The notes under the pieces were generated by a model. The model worked only from the letters and a program-made list of their open reading frames with translations. It was not told where the DNA came from and did no database searches. DNA of 64,000 nucleotides from the human T2T-CHM13v2.0 reference genome, Homo sapiens. This document shows positions 1 through 13,732 of this stretch, in pieces. The stretch lies in assembly GCF_009914755.1 (NCBI RefSeq), contig NC_060942.1; one strand, 5' to 3'. Position numbers and translations under genes: made by a program. Position 1 is the stretch's first letter, and every line of letters starts with the position of its first letter.

Positions 1-235
1 TAGTCTTGGCTCACTGCAACCTCCGCCTCCCAGGTTCAAGCAATTCTCCTGCCTCAGCCTCCCGAGTAGCTGGGACTATAGGCATGTGCCACCAGGCCCA
101 GCTAATTTTTTGTATTTTTAGTAGAGACGGGGTTTCACTGTGTTAGCCAGGATGGTCTAGATCTCCTGACCTCGTTATCCATCACCCTGACCTCCCAAAG
201 TGCTGGGATTATAGGCATGAACCACCGGGCCTGGC
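1..235 (-). mobile_element. Alu (AluSc-like), cut by window start
   Basis: Antisense Alu body with GTTAGCCAGGATGGTCT...CTCCTGACCTCGT; ends ...GGGCCTGGCC at ~235. Confidence 0.95.
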
Positions 236-239
236 CGGC

Positions 240-1925
240 AGGTAGTGGTATCTTATTATGGCTTTTATTTTCCTTTCCCTAATGATTATCTTGTCATATA
301 CTTATTTTAAACCTTTTGTCTTCTTTGGTAAAATGTCTGTTTAAATCTTTTGCTTATATTTGTATTGAGTTGATTATTTTATTATGTTTTGAGAATTCTT
401 TATATATTCTGAATACAATCCTTTAGCAGACACATATTTGCCAATATTTTCTCCCAATCTGTAACTTGTCTTTTCATTCTCTTAAGAGTCTCTTTCAAAG
501 AGCAACATCTGTAATTATTATGAAATCCAGTTTATTAAATTTTTCTTTTATGGATGGTGCTTTTGATGTTATACCTAAGAAATTATTGCCTAAGCTAGGG
601 ACATAAAGTTTTTCGTCTGTTTTCTTCTAGAAGTTTTATTGTTTTAAGGTTTACATTTATAATTCTTTTTGCTTTGCATATAGGGCAAATAATCAAGTTC
701 ACTTTTGTTTTTGTATGTGTTTATCTAATTATTCCAGCACCTTTTCTAGGAAATATCATCTTTCCACACTGAATTTTGTACCTTTGCAGAAAATAAGTTG
801 GTCATATGTGTAGCAATCTATTTCTGGACTCTCCATTCTGTTCATTGATATATTTGTCTATCTTTCTGTGACTAGCACACTGTTTTAATTACTGTAGCTT
901 TATAATATACCTTGAAATCAGGTAGTGTTAGCCATCTACCTTTATTCTTCTTTTTCAAAGTCGTTTTGGTTCTTCTAGTTTCTTTGTATTTCCAGACAAA
1001 TTTTAGCACCAGTTTTTCAATTTCTACAAAAATTTCTAGTGGGATTTTGATTAGAATTATATTGATTCTAGAGAGTAATCTGAGGAGAATAACATTTTGA
1101 GAATATTGAGTTTTCTATTCCATGACTACAGTATCTCTGTCCATTTCTTTAGGCCTTCTTCAATTTCTCTCAGTACCATTTTGTGTTTTTCAATGTATAA
1201 ATCTTGCCCATATTTTCTCTGATTTTCCCCAAATATTGCATATTTTTGATGTTATAAATGGCATTTCCTAAGTTCCAATTTACAATTATTATTTGGTAAT
1301 AGATAGAAATGCAATTGATTTCTGTATATTGATTTTGTATTCTGCAAGCTTGATCAACTCCCTCATAGTCAACTTTTTTGTAGATTCCATTGGATTTTCT
1401 CCAGAAATGATCATATCATCAGTGAATAAAGATATTTTCCATTATTTCTTTCCTATATGAATGCCTTTATTTCCTTTCTTGCTATATTACACTAACTAGA
1501 ATCTCCAGTATAATGCTGACTAGAAGTGATGAAAGCAAAAACCTTGCCTTGTTCCTGATCCTAGGGAGAAAGCCTTTAAATCTTTTACCAGTAGTTAAGG
1601 TTAGTTGTCGACTTTTTTGTAGGGTCGCCATCAGGTTCAGAAAGTCCTCTTCTATTCCTAATTTATGACAGTTATCGGAAATAGATGTTAGATTTTGTCA
1701 AATTCTATGGAAATGATCATGTGGTTTATTTTTGCTCATTCGTTTAGATTTTAGTTTTTCTTTATAAGGTAAATTACATTTATTTTCCAGTGTTAATTTA
1801 AGCTTGCATGCTCAGGGTAAACTCCATTTGGTCATGAAATAGTCTCCTTTATATGTATCGTGAGATCTAATTTGGCAAATTTGTCTTATTGTCTTTGCAT
1901 CTCTATGAGGGATATTGGTCTGTAA
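240..1925 (-). mobile_element. Old L1M-type LINE fragment (ORF2 3' half, decayed)
   Basis: T-rich antisense L1 motifs, e.g. TCTGGACTCTCCATTCTGTTCATTG, CTTGCCTTGTTCCTGATCCTAGGGAGAAAGC, GATATTGGTCTGTAATTT. Confidence 0.85.
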
Positions 1926-2201
1926 TTTTTTTTTTTTTTTTTTTTTTGAGACGGTGTCTCACACTGTTTCCCAGGCTGGAGTGCAGTGGTGCGATCTCGG
2001 CTCACTGAAAACTTCACCTCCTGGGTTCACGCCATTCTTCTGCCTCAGCCTCCCGAGTAGCTGGGACTACAGGCACCTGCCATCATGCCGGCTAATTTTT
2101 TGTATTTTTAGTAGAGATGGGGTTTCATCGTGTTAGCCAGGACGGTCTCAATCTCCCGACCTCGTGATCTGCCTGCCTCAGCCTCCCAAAGTGCTGGGAT
2201 T
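1926..2201 (-). mobile_element. AluY-like, 5'-truncated by ~25 nt
   Basis: Poly-T tail, AluY-type GGTTCACGCCATTC; stops at GCTGGGATT, lacking the Alu 5' end. Confidence 0.93.
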
Positions 2202-2273
2202 CTTTTCTTTTAATATCAACCTTGTAGACTTTCCCAAATCTTTTTGAATAATACTCTTGGAGATCTCCCTTAC

Positions 2274-2973
<700 letters not shown>

Positions 2974-3019
2974 GGGAGCAAGAAATTCTTATCTGGCATG
3001 CGGGGAAAGTAACTTCTAT

Positions 3020-3700
3020 ATCAGAGTCGTGAATTCAAAGTAGCTTCTCATATTCAACATCTCTTAAAATATAATAGAATAGCGTAGGATTGCATAGGAT
3101 AGGATGAGATGGGATAGGATAGGGCAGGACAGGATCTAGTAATATAATATTTTTAAAAGAAAAATATGAGACAAATCAAACAGAGTTTAATTGAGCAAAG
3201 AAAAATTCGTGAATCGGGCAGCCTCCCAAGCCAGAGTAGGCTCAGGGATACTCCAGCACAGCCACGTGGTGGAAGAAGATTTATGGACAGAAAAAGGAGA
3301 CTGACATACAGAAGATGGAAGTGAAGTACAGAAACAGCCAGATTGGTTACAGTTCGGCTTTTGCCTTATTTGAACACTGTTTGAACAATTGGCCCCCTTT
3401 CATTGTCCAAAACTCAATGATTGGCACAAAGATAGTTTACAGTTTGTTTACACTTCCACTTAGGTTATAATTCAGTATGTACACAGAAATATTTACACTG
3501 AAGTTCAAAGAGGTAAGGGGGCAGTTTTATGCTAAAGTTGATTTAACAATATCAAGTGCACCACATTAGTTACGAGTTTGCTGAGACTTTTTTTCATTCT
3601 CATTCTCTTTCTCTCTCATTCAATCGCATGTATGTACTAGGTCACAATGTAAAAGGTGTTTCTTATTGTGGATCACAGCTGAAGAATTTTGAAGCTGCTC
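3020..3700. mobile_element. hAT-Charlie-type DNA transposon fossil, split by the MER57 LTR
   Basis: GTCGTGAATTCAA...AATAGAATAG left of the LTR and ATCAAGTGCACCACATTAGT...GGTCACAATGTAAAAGGTGTTTCTTATTGTGGATCAC right of it read as one element; contains a degenerate (GGATA)n at ~3085-3135. Subfamily not assigned. Confidence 0.5.
3151..3548 (-). mobile_element. MER57-family solo LTR (ERV1)
   Basis: Reverse complement starts TGTTAAATCAACTTTAGC and contains TGTTCAAATAAGGCAAA, GTAACCAATC and GCTCAATTAAACTC; 4-bp TSD ATAT at 3147-3150 and 3549-3552. Confidence 0.88.
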
Positions 3701-3766
3701 AGCTAAAGGACTTTCCCTCTGCGAAGCTGTGATTCTCTGAAGTGGCCAAAGAAATTATGCAGTAAG
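3679..3766 (+). ncRNA. Candidate lncRNA exon ending at a 5' splice site (5' boundary uncertain)
   Basis: Tandem donors GCA|GTAAGG and AAG|GTAAGG at 3761-3772, just downstream of the LTR; only a weak acceptor (GATCACAG, 3678). Confidence 0.25.
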
Positions 3767-4863
3767 GTAAGGTTTACAGCTGTTGCTGAGGTTCTTTCTC
3801 TAAGTCAAAATCTGCTTTGAGCTTGCCAACCTCAAGGTGATATTGAGGAATATTTCTTAAAACAGACAGCTGCCTTTGTAGGAGAGTGGGGAAGCATGAT
3901 TATAGACCATCTGAAGGTGCTCTGTGCCCCAACTCAACCCACCAACTGTGACTTTGAAGGAAGCCCAAGCCAGAAGAGTGAATTTTGTGTCTTCCCTCAA
4001 CAGCAATCAATCAATACAGAGTTAATTCTCTAGTGCCTTGCAGGTTGTCAGCAAACTTCTCAAACTGTGTTTCATACCTGGAGCTAGGGGCTGTTCTCAA
4101 AGGGCTTTTCCATTTACTTGGCAAATAGAACTAATATCCTTGAAATAACTCACAGACCAAGACAACATATAAACAAGAGCTAAGCTGCATGCAGCATACT
4201 GTAACTACAAAAGGAGTTTAGCAGCACAGAAAACGAATTAGCCAATGGGGAAGACATCTCTAAGGTAGACTTGGACTAATGTTGGGATCATTACGAAGGA
4301 TGTGCTGGCTTCAGAAATCCGGAGGAAAAAGGTAGGGGCTCTTCAGTGTCAAAAGACATTAGACATAGATTTGGATGTGCCATACACATTTATCTTCCAT
4401 CATGTCCACACTCCAGAAAAAAACAGCCTATTGTGCATTCCAACTAAGTCTCTTAAGCTGGGAGTTAGTCTAGGACCATGAAGAGAGAATTTTCTTTGTA
4501 TCTAAATACATAATTATATTTTAGATTACTGGTTACCTTTCTCATTCACCTGTTCTATCTCAAAAACCTGTGGTATGCAACATTAACTTGGCTCTATAGA
4601 GAGCTGCATGATACATAAAAGACCTTCTATGTTCAGATTTTGTCCAACTGATGAGGAAAAAGTGTGACCCAGTAAGAGAAGTGAGAGCCTATCAGTATCA
4701 GTCAATAATATTCAAGCTATCCAGCTCTATAAACAAGGAAGATATTCGGGGTCAAAAACAGGTGAAGGTGAAGAGCAGTATAGTCAGAGAAGACATCCTG
4801 GAAGAAGTTGAATTTGTGTTTGTGACAGTCTTGTGGGTTCTATCCCACCAACCCTTCTCAGCA

Positions 4864-4996
4864 GTGACTCAGCAAATTGATTTCAGAGGCAGCCTCTGGG
4901 AACTTACATCCCACTGATGGGTTTATAATGAAAATGCTGACGCACTCCTAAGTCAAACCAGGACTCTTGAGCAGCACTACAGAATTGAGTGCGTCA
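4864..4996. promoter_or_regulatory. NRF2/MAF/AP-1 motif cluster
   Basis: GTGACTCAGCAAATT (4864-4878), AAAATGCTGACGCA (4931-4944), TGCGTCA (4990-4996). Confidence 0.45.
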
Positions 4997-5499
4997 TTTC
5001 CCCCTGAACAATGCGTCTCATTCATTGCTTGAAGTGTGACCATTCATGTTGAAAATGAAATTCCGCAGTGATCTGTTTGGGGAAATTATTCAGAGCTACT
5101 CACTTAAAGATCTTGCTATCTTTTGTCGTTCTCAATTAAGGCTCACAAGAACCTCTCCAGGGTAAATTGGTGCCAATCTAGGCATTGAGAGTAGAAGGAA
5201 AAATGAAAATCTAAAGCTCGTAGGAACTTTCAAAAGTCATTTCTAAAGGCCCCTAGGGAGTAGATAACATACAGACCAAGTTATCCTGAATATAAGTTAT
5301 ACTGATTATAACCAGAATATCTAGAATATTGGTATAATAAGAGAAAAAACATGGATGTGAAATTAGGAAGCATTGGTCTTAGCCCTGGTTCTGCCTATAG
5401 CTACCTGGGTGCTTTGGAGTTAATGAATTATTAGACATAGAATGATAATCCTGTCCAAATATATTTTGTTAAAAATAGAAAAACATAAGGTATGCAAGG

Positions 5500-7450
5500 A
5501 AAAGTTTAATAATACCTGGGCTTCTTTCACCCCTAATTAATAATCATGAATATTTTGCTATATTGTCTCTTTTTTAATACACAAATCATGAACACATAGA
5601 TAAAGTTTACCTGGACCCCTCACCCAATACTCAACCACTATCATGAGTTTGATGAGTTTGATTCTTTCAGTCTATTTAAAACATTGCATCTAGTTGGTCA
5701 CATTTATGATGTGTTCCTATTATAATTATTAAGGATTTTAAAATTTTGCATAATAGGCATCGATGCTATATACAAAGTCTTATTCTGTAGCTTGCTTCCC
5801 CCATGTACATTTGGATTTATTTCTACCATGTTATTTTGTGTTCTCTATATACTTTTGCTTTACTTCTCTATTTCCCTCATTAACAGTCTCTTTTGAATTG
5901 ATACAGTATAATTTCCTCTCTTTGCTCTTTTCTCTCTTACACAGCTTTGTAAGTTATGCATTTTATTTCTATTGTTTTAGTGGTTGCCCTCAAATTTTTA
6001 ACATATCTGTGCTGTTACTAATTTTTTTAACAAAATGCACCAAGGAAGACCTTAGTATACCTCATATCCCTTAGATCTCCTCACTCTAATTTTCTTGCTA
6101 CTGTTGTCTGGAATTGTAATTCCAACATGTTTTAAAGATAAAGAGAAGCATATTTCTCAATTATTTACAGTAAACACCTATGTATTTTTATCATCACAAT
6201 ACCTAGTTTCTTTGTGCACCAATTTTCTTGATTCCCACTTCTTCTGGATTTAATTTTTTCTGATGAATTATACCCTACAGTAGTTTTTGCAGTGAGAATC
6301 TGATAGTATTAAACTTAGTCCTTAAATGTCTGAAGATGTCTTACCATTTTACAATTACTCTTGAAGGCATAAAATTATACATTCACAATTATTTTCACAT
6401 AACACTTTCACCAGGTTCTTTTATGAATGAAAAATAAGCTGCCAACCAGATTGATGGATTTTATGGTGTCTTCATTGCAATGTCCATATGTGGGTTTATT
6501 TTTATTCCTTCTGCTGTGTGTACACATTAGGCTTTTCTAATCTGAAGGCTCCTGTGTCTTTAATTTTAGAAAATTTTAGTTATTACCTAACTCTTTTAGA
6601 CCCTCTTCCCAATTATTTGTATTTTTTTCTTCTAAAATTCTTATCAGACAGATATTGTTGCTTCTCAGCCTCCAAGTCTGTTAATTTCTCTGTCATTTTT
6701 TTTAAATCATGTTTTCTGTCTTCATCCTGGAAAATTTGTTCAGTTCTTTTTTCATTTTACAATTTCATTAATTGTGTCAGCCTAGTATTTAACTCATTGT
6801 TGAGTTTCTCACTTCCATCTATAATTTCTTTGAGGATTTCACAGATACTCATTTTAAAACTTATTTTCAGATTTTCCCATTATTTCTATTTCCTTGAATA
6901 GGAACCTCTCATTTCTTTGGTTTCACTCTTCTCTTAGGAAGTTTTCTCTTGTGCTCCTTCCTGTAAAGCCATTTGATGTCACCTCAAACCTCTTGGTTGT
7001 ATGGGTTGTCTGGATTCATAGGACTCCTTATATTAGCAGCTAAGCTGAAGTCTTCCTTTCATAAAAAGGTGGCAATTCCATTCTCAATGCTCATACCTTC
7101 AATAGCCTGGGAACCACGATCATGTGAGAATCTTGACTTTGGCAGTAGGTTTTGGAAAAACCATGTTCCTAGAAGCCACCTTGGGCAGGCAAGAGGGGAT
7201 GTTCCAATCTCTGTGAAGTGCAGTCTGTGTCCGATCAGGAGTCCACATATCCCCATTAAAGAACCCTAGCTGGACCATACATATGGAGCTAGTCTCAACT
7301 CCCTGGTGGCCATGGGGCTTTAACCTCTGCCTATATCTATAGGTTTTCTTTCTTTGGGGATCCTTGAATTTTTTTCTTAATACTTCGTGCAGTTTTTTAT
7401 TTTAAAATATAAATAAATGTATTACATTCTTTGTGTTTGGAGTTGGGGGA
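5500..7450 (-). mobile_element. Very old L1 (L1ME/L1M4-like) fragments
   Basis: Long T-rich skewed tract with decayed antisense L1 motifs; boundaries approximate. Confidence 0.55.
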
Positions 7451-8029
7451 AAGATTATACATGAACTTTTCTCTGCTGTGGAAGTACCCTTCGTTTTTCA
7501 GACAGGAAAACTAAACCCAAGAAAATGGAATAAGCTTGCCTAAGCCACAACCTAATTGTGGTCAATATGTAGATTAGGAAACACTTCTCTGCCTTAAATA
7601 CATTCAACATGAGTCTCTTTGCCCCAGGATTTTGATGTTCAAAATGGAGAAACTAATGCCTTCCTTACCTTTATCAATACATTAGTGCAGTAATTTGAAA
7701 TGGCAAATAAATGTGAAAGTATTTTGAAATAAAGTTTAGTCTCTTATGAGCATCACCATTTTAAAGTTCTGCTGTGTGTATAAGTAATGTCAATATTTTC
7801 ATTGCTGAGAAATTATTTCTGATTTTTCTACCATAGAATTTGTTTTTTTCATATGCCATTTCTACCCTCAAAGTCATTTTTAGTATTAAAGAACCCTTGG
7901 GTAGAAAGTTACTTTGGGTAAACTCACAGAGACTAAGGAACAAATTTTAGTTTTTCACATTCAATAAACACCTGTTGAATGCCATTGTTTTCATGCACTT
8001 AGGCTTTGCCTGGGATGCAATATGTAGAT

Positions 8030-8832
8030 TTCTTTTTTTAAAAAGAAACTTTTAAAGAATAGTTTTATACTTATAGAAATATTGCAAAGTTAGACCTCCA
8101 AAATACCCAATGCCTGCTTGCCTCTATTAACAACTTTTATCAGTATGGTATATTTATTATAATCAATAAACAAATCTTGATTCATTATTATACTTTTATT
8201 AGTGTTTACCTCTTCTCTTCTAGGATCCTATCCAGGGTACCACATTACATTTAGTCATTATGTCTCTTTAGGCTTCTCTTGGCTATGACAGTTTCTCAGA
8301 CTTTCCATTTTTTGATGACCATGACCGTAACAGTTTTTAGGATTATGGGTGAGGTATTCTGTAAATTTGTCTCATGTTTTAATTCTGAGTAGAGTGGTGT
8401 TATGGTTTTTTAAAGGAAGACCACAGAGAAAAAGTGCTATTCTCATCATTTCCTATCAAGGATACAAAAAGGTGATATCATTTGTGATGTCTGAGGTAGT
8501 GTTAGTCAGGAAATCTCCCCTTTCCCCTGAGCATGCTGTATGCACTCTTTGGAAAGTAGTCATTTTAGCCAGCCCACTTAAAGAGTGGGGAGTTATGTTC
8601 TATCTTCTTGAGGGCTGAGTATCCACATCAATTATTTGGAATTGTTCTGAATGGGAGATTTGACTATTCTACCCATTTATCTATTTAATAATTCATTTAT
8701 ATCGGTATGGACTCATGGATATTTATTTTACTTCACTTCTTTATTTTTCAAGTTGTTTCAACTTTGGTCATTGGAAGCTCTTGGCTCTTGTGTTCCTTTG
8801 ACATATCTAACACCTCCATGTATGTATGTGTG

Positions 8833-8863
<31 letters not shown>

Positions 8864-8962
8864 ATTAAATACTTCTTGCTTTCTGGGATTGAAAGGTTCT
8901 CTATGCTCATTTTGTATATTTCCTGTTTCAGCCTTAGAATCAGCCATTTCTCCAAGGAGTCT
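8030..8962 (-). mobile_element. L1MC/L1MD-type 3' end with internal (TG)n
   Basis: AATAGTTTTATACTTATAGAAATATTGCAAAG, CAGGGTACCACATTACATTTAGTCATTATGTCTC, AGAATCAGCCATTTCTCCAAGGAG; (TG)n at ~8836-8862. Confidence 0.8.
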
Positions 8963-11879
8963 TTGTTTGTTTTAGTGAGTAGATTATTGACTAAAAGGAA
9001 ATATGGCATTGAATCTAACATGACTGGACATTATTTTCTTTACTCACTCTCACTTATGAAAGATTTGGTACTTTTTCTCCTGTCAGTTTCACAGGAATAG
9101 GGTGAATGGCCTTATAAAATCATTAGATTTATTTGAAAGGGGAGACTTTCAAAATGAAGAAATGTAACTCCTGAAGAAAATTAAGAAATTCAGCTGAGAT
9201 AACAAAGAATTTCACCCTTAATTGGCAATTCAGACCACCCATCTCTTCTAAGAATGGGTCTAATAATGAATTATCAAGTGAACATTTCTTAAATGCAAGA
9301 GCAAATTAACTTGGAGATATACTAAATTTCAAGAAACAAAATTATTTTTCTTTAATCAGAACTAAGGGCAATACTTCAGCAGGTATTAATAAGCTATTGT
9401 TGCTGGTTTAAACAAAGAAACTTAAATGTTTATTGTTGCAACCTATCTTTTATGTGTGCCCAGACTCCAAAGTCTGGTTTTATTTGTAAGGTTCCCCAAC
9501 AGAGTGGTTGCTATAGATATAGCGAAAGCCCAAAGGACAGCATGCTGAGCCTTTGGAAAAACAGTTTCATTTCCAAAGGCAAGGAATAGATATTGAGGCT
9601 TAAAGGGAGTTGATCCTTAGGATAAAGTCATAGCTAATGTAAGGTTTTCAGAATAAAATCTAAGATTTCAGAGAAATCTAGGGACCAATTATGTGATGTT
9701 CAAAGGAAACAGTGAATACAAGTGAGTCTGAGTTTTTACCCAATGTTTGAGGCAAATATATGCAAGTCGTTCTGCTCAATGTTATCAAACATAACATTGG
9801 GGAGTAAAATATTATTTTTGTTTCTTTTTGTGATAATCATAGCAAAGAGGAGGAGAATGAAATGAGGATGATTAAGTCTGGGGTTCTAGTCTTCTAGTTT
9901 TAAGTTACTTCAGTTTGGAAATTACTATAGTGGTGTAACTGGACTACAGCCTGGTTCTCTCTCAAAGAGAAGGGGATCAGATTCTATGGGAAGTGGTTCT
10001 CTTGACCTCTTCTTTGAACCTGCCTCTCCCACCTGAGTTTCATCATAAAGTATGCTCATGTACCAACTTTAACATAGCCAATTAGTTTCTCAAATGGAGT
10101 TTTCCACCTGGAGAAGGCCAGGTGTACAAGTCCTCCTTATCTTCCATCAGCTCAAAGACAATAAGATTTGTAAAAATTTAACCTCTCAGTAATGTGTAAA
10201 GAAAAAAAAGGAGGAAACCATATGGCAGAGGGGAGACCAAGCAGAACCAGAGTGGTCACAGGAAGAATCACCATTCCAGTGGTTCTGGCTGGGGCCGCTG
10301 AGTTGGGTTGTCTGGCTACTTAAGAAGCAAATTCTCCAATGGCAAAATAATCAGGTCCTCACATATCACTTGGCCATTGAAAGAGAACGGGATGCTAATG
10401 AGAGTAGTCCGAGGAGAGGCACTTCAAAAGCAAATCTCCTGAAATGACAGACCCACGTTAGTGCTGAGGGACTAAGGAGTGGGGAAGGACTGAGTGAGCC
10501 AGGAGAGTGAGCCAGGAAAACAAGCCCCTGGACACCTATGTGCCTTCAAAGTCGGCTGTCTTCTTTGCCTTGATCACCTGAGAAGGACTCCACATTCTTA
10601 CCCAGTGTGATCTCCTAGGTGATATTGACTACTCTTCTCAAAACCATCACTTCAAGGTTCAGGCGGAACTGTGGGGTAAGGCCTAGCTCTTTCTTTAATG
10701 TTGTTTCTTCTTGCTAACGTTTGGAAATCCTTCTTTTCCACCTGCTCATGAGAGAAATTATCGGTTTCTAAGTTTCTTTTCATTTCCCTTCCCACCTACC
10801 GAAATAAAAATACAACACTGTGTGTGTGTATGTACATCATCATTTTCCTATTATTAAAATATCTGACATGCTTGTTAGCCAATAGTATAGATAATTTGCA
10901 AGCCTTTTGAAGATGGGATCCTACTTTTGGTGGCATGGAGAAATACAGCTGTGATTTCACATATGGCATCTTTCAATTTCTAATTAGTTTACTTTCAACA
11001 GCACCCCCATACCCTAATCCAACACCAATTTAGATTATAGTGTTAAAAATATCATCATAAAATGTAGCCTTGTACAAAGAGATGATCTAATTATTCAGCC
11101 TTGCTGTATCAGCCTAATGAATTATGCAGTCTTGCCTACAGTATTTCACCTGACAGAATGAGTGTGTCAAACACTATAGTGCATGAATTCTCCAACCAGC
11201 CTGTGTAGGTGCCAGAGCAGTGAGTGTTTAGTACCACGATCTGAGAGTCAGTTTTACGGAGCTTGAAGAGTGAATATTAATAATTCACATTTTTTTCTGT
11301 AGGGGTTGGGAATATGCATTATCCTAAGGGGCTTGTATGCACATAGAATATATGATATGTGATAATTGTTGTATATTTAATAATGTTCATTCAAACAAAG
11401 GGTAGGCTGTTGCATAATTACTTGCACATTATTCCAGAGTGGTAATAAAAAAATCTAAGAGGAATCCCCCAAGAGTTCCAACAAGTTTATTTGGGACAGA
11501 TGAAAATCAACCTCTTGAGGCTCCCGTCAGGAGAACAAGAGGACATATTTACAGCTCTATCTGTTCACATGGGAGAAAGCTCAAACATCTACTCCAGCTA
11601 CTTAGGTGTACTGAATGGCCGTTAAATGGAAACCTTCGGGTCTACTTGATTGTCTGTTCCAACATCACCGTGTGTGATTGTAGAGCTGGCTTGTGCGATC
11701 CCTGTGGACTGTGGAAACTTTTGACTGGTCTGATGGAGAGTTGGTATTTGATGACCTCTGAGAACATTGCTTATCAGTGCATGTAGACTCAGTATAAGTG
11801 TGGGTTTAAAGTCAATGATGGAGACTATGTATTCTTATTTTGTCTTATAAATAACACTCTCAAGAGTAATGCATGTATT

Positions 11880-12075
11880 GTAAATTCATTGTGGCTAAAA
11901 AGCCAAGTGCTCATTGGCATTAGCAATAAAAGAATGATAGTTAACAATTTATGGCCTTATATTCAGGTTAACTGGCTGATGTCAAGGGAAGATTTATTGG
12001 ACATATAAGCCATGGTTTTATATCAGTGAGCCAAATTCAACCAATGCATTTTCACGAATTAAAAGCAGCTTCCAA
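11880..12075. promoter_or_regulatory. Repeat-free island rich in HOX/CDX motifs (candidate enhancer)
   Basis: CAATAAAA (11924-11931), AACAAT overlapping TTTATGGCC (11943-11956), GATTTATTGG (11991-12000). Confidence 0.3.
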
Positions 12076-13687
12076 TTTTAAACCTATCACTGAGATAAAA
12101 AAAAAAAAAAAACTTTCCCAGAGAAGGTACTTACCTCATTGCTTGCCAGAAACTTTCCTCTGCCTCACACTCCACCTATGCTAATGTTGCATGAAGAGAG
12201 AAGTTTGTATGAAGAAAGAGGGAGGAGGAGAGTTGGCTGAGTGAGGAAATACCTGCCTTGGGTATCAGCTCCCTCAGCTTTGCTCAGAACACCTCCATAG
12301 GAAATGTAAGTATTAAGGCACAATTATGTGCCTGGCCATGGTATGGAACTAGGTGAGAACTTGGAGCTTCCACTTGGTGCTGGACATAGGGACCTCTCTG
12401 TGTTGAGACTCTTTTCCCCAGCATGCGGGCCTCCTAATGGCATGGGGGCCCAGACCTTCCCCTAGCAGCACCAGCTTTCAGGCAGCATACAGGGCCAGGG
12501 ATTAGTATCACCATTCATCCACTGAGGGATGATGGATGATATTCTCAAATCAGCAGGCCAAAGGTGGTTTAGGTATAATTTATACAAGTACAGGTTGCAT
12601 GAACTTTAAGCCAGTGTGGGAAGGATGGGCTGGACTGTTATTTTATCAGTTACCTGACAGAGGATCTTTAATGACTTCATGCTGTAAGTTGCAAAACATT
12701 TTATTAGAGTCGACTCTAAATTATCTGGGGATAGAAGGAGCAGACAAAGCTGGACATCAGCATTTGTTGAAGCGAGCCGTATAATGAGGACCATTGGGGG
12801 TTAAACACAGTAGTAGGGAAAAGGTCATTGTTGTTGTGGTGCTTAAGAGCCCTTGATGGAAAAATAGATCGGGTAGATGCAATTCAAAGACACACCACTC
12901 AAGACTTCACTGCTTGCATTGAAGCTAAAATCCTGTCACTAGCAAACCAACCTAGTGGGTTTTAGAAATCTTTTCTGTTTTTCACATATTATAAACTTGA
13001 AGATTCTGTGGATCCTTCAGAGTACAAGGCCTTACAGAATGGTCCCTGGCTGCACCTATCCAGGAATCCATTCATTCTTTTATTCAACAAATATAGAGTG
13101 AGCATTTACCCTATGTGAATCCCTGTGATTTCAACAAAGGAATCTGTTGCTCTCCCCTTCCATGCTAGTGCAGGAGGACAGCAGCATGGAAAGAGGGAGG
13201 GGGATCCCAAAGAAAAGAGGAGAGTAATGATTCAGTCCACCAGTTCCAGCCTAGAGCTCTGCATTTAGCATAAGGCTCTCAATTTACTGTGAATCCAAAA
13301 GATGATTTGAAGAGGCCGGTGGAGATGGATAGGCCATGAAAATAGAGGAGCAAAGTGTGTTGTTTCATCTGTTTATGTGAGATAGTGGTCACTGAAAACA
13401 GAGTTGATCTTTACACTGAAATTTACAAGATAATTGTTCTAGTAGACCAGATGGTGATGAAATCAAGTTTTTGGCCTTTTCATGTAGTGTTCCATGTAGC
13501 CCCTGTAGCTCAGTCACTGGAGAACATACTTTCCTGAGGTTGGTGTAGTGGAAAGGCTGTAATCCTGAAAATCTGAAAGATCAGATTCTTGGCTCACCTT
13601 TCCCACCTCTCCTGGTTCCTTTTTCATTTGTGACATGAGGGTATTTGATTAAAGAAGCCCTAACAGTGACCCTCCAGAAATATCAGT

Positions 13688-13732
13688 ACACACACATACA
13701 CATACACACACACGTACACACACACACACACA
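13688..13732. repeat. Imperfect (CA)n microsatellite
   Basis: ACACACACATACACATACACACACACGTACACACAC... Confidence 0.9.

Noticed and set aside
5763-9100. Hydrophobic F/L/S-rich ORFs resembling membrane peptides
   Set aside because: Produced by T-rich antisense L1 remnants.
13499-13520. tRNA-like start GCCCCTGTAGCTCAGT (and CAGCTTAATTGGTTAAG near 40000)
   Set aside because: No B-box or cloverleaf follows; at most decayed SINE sequence.
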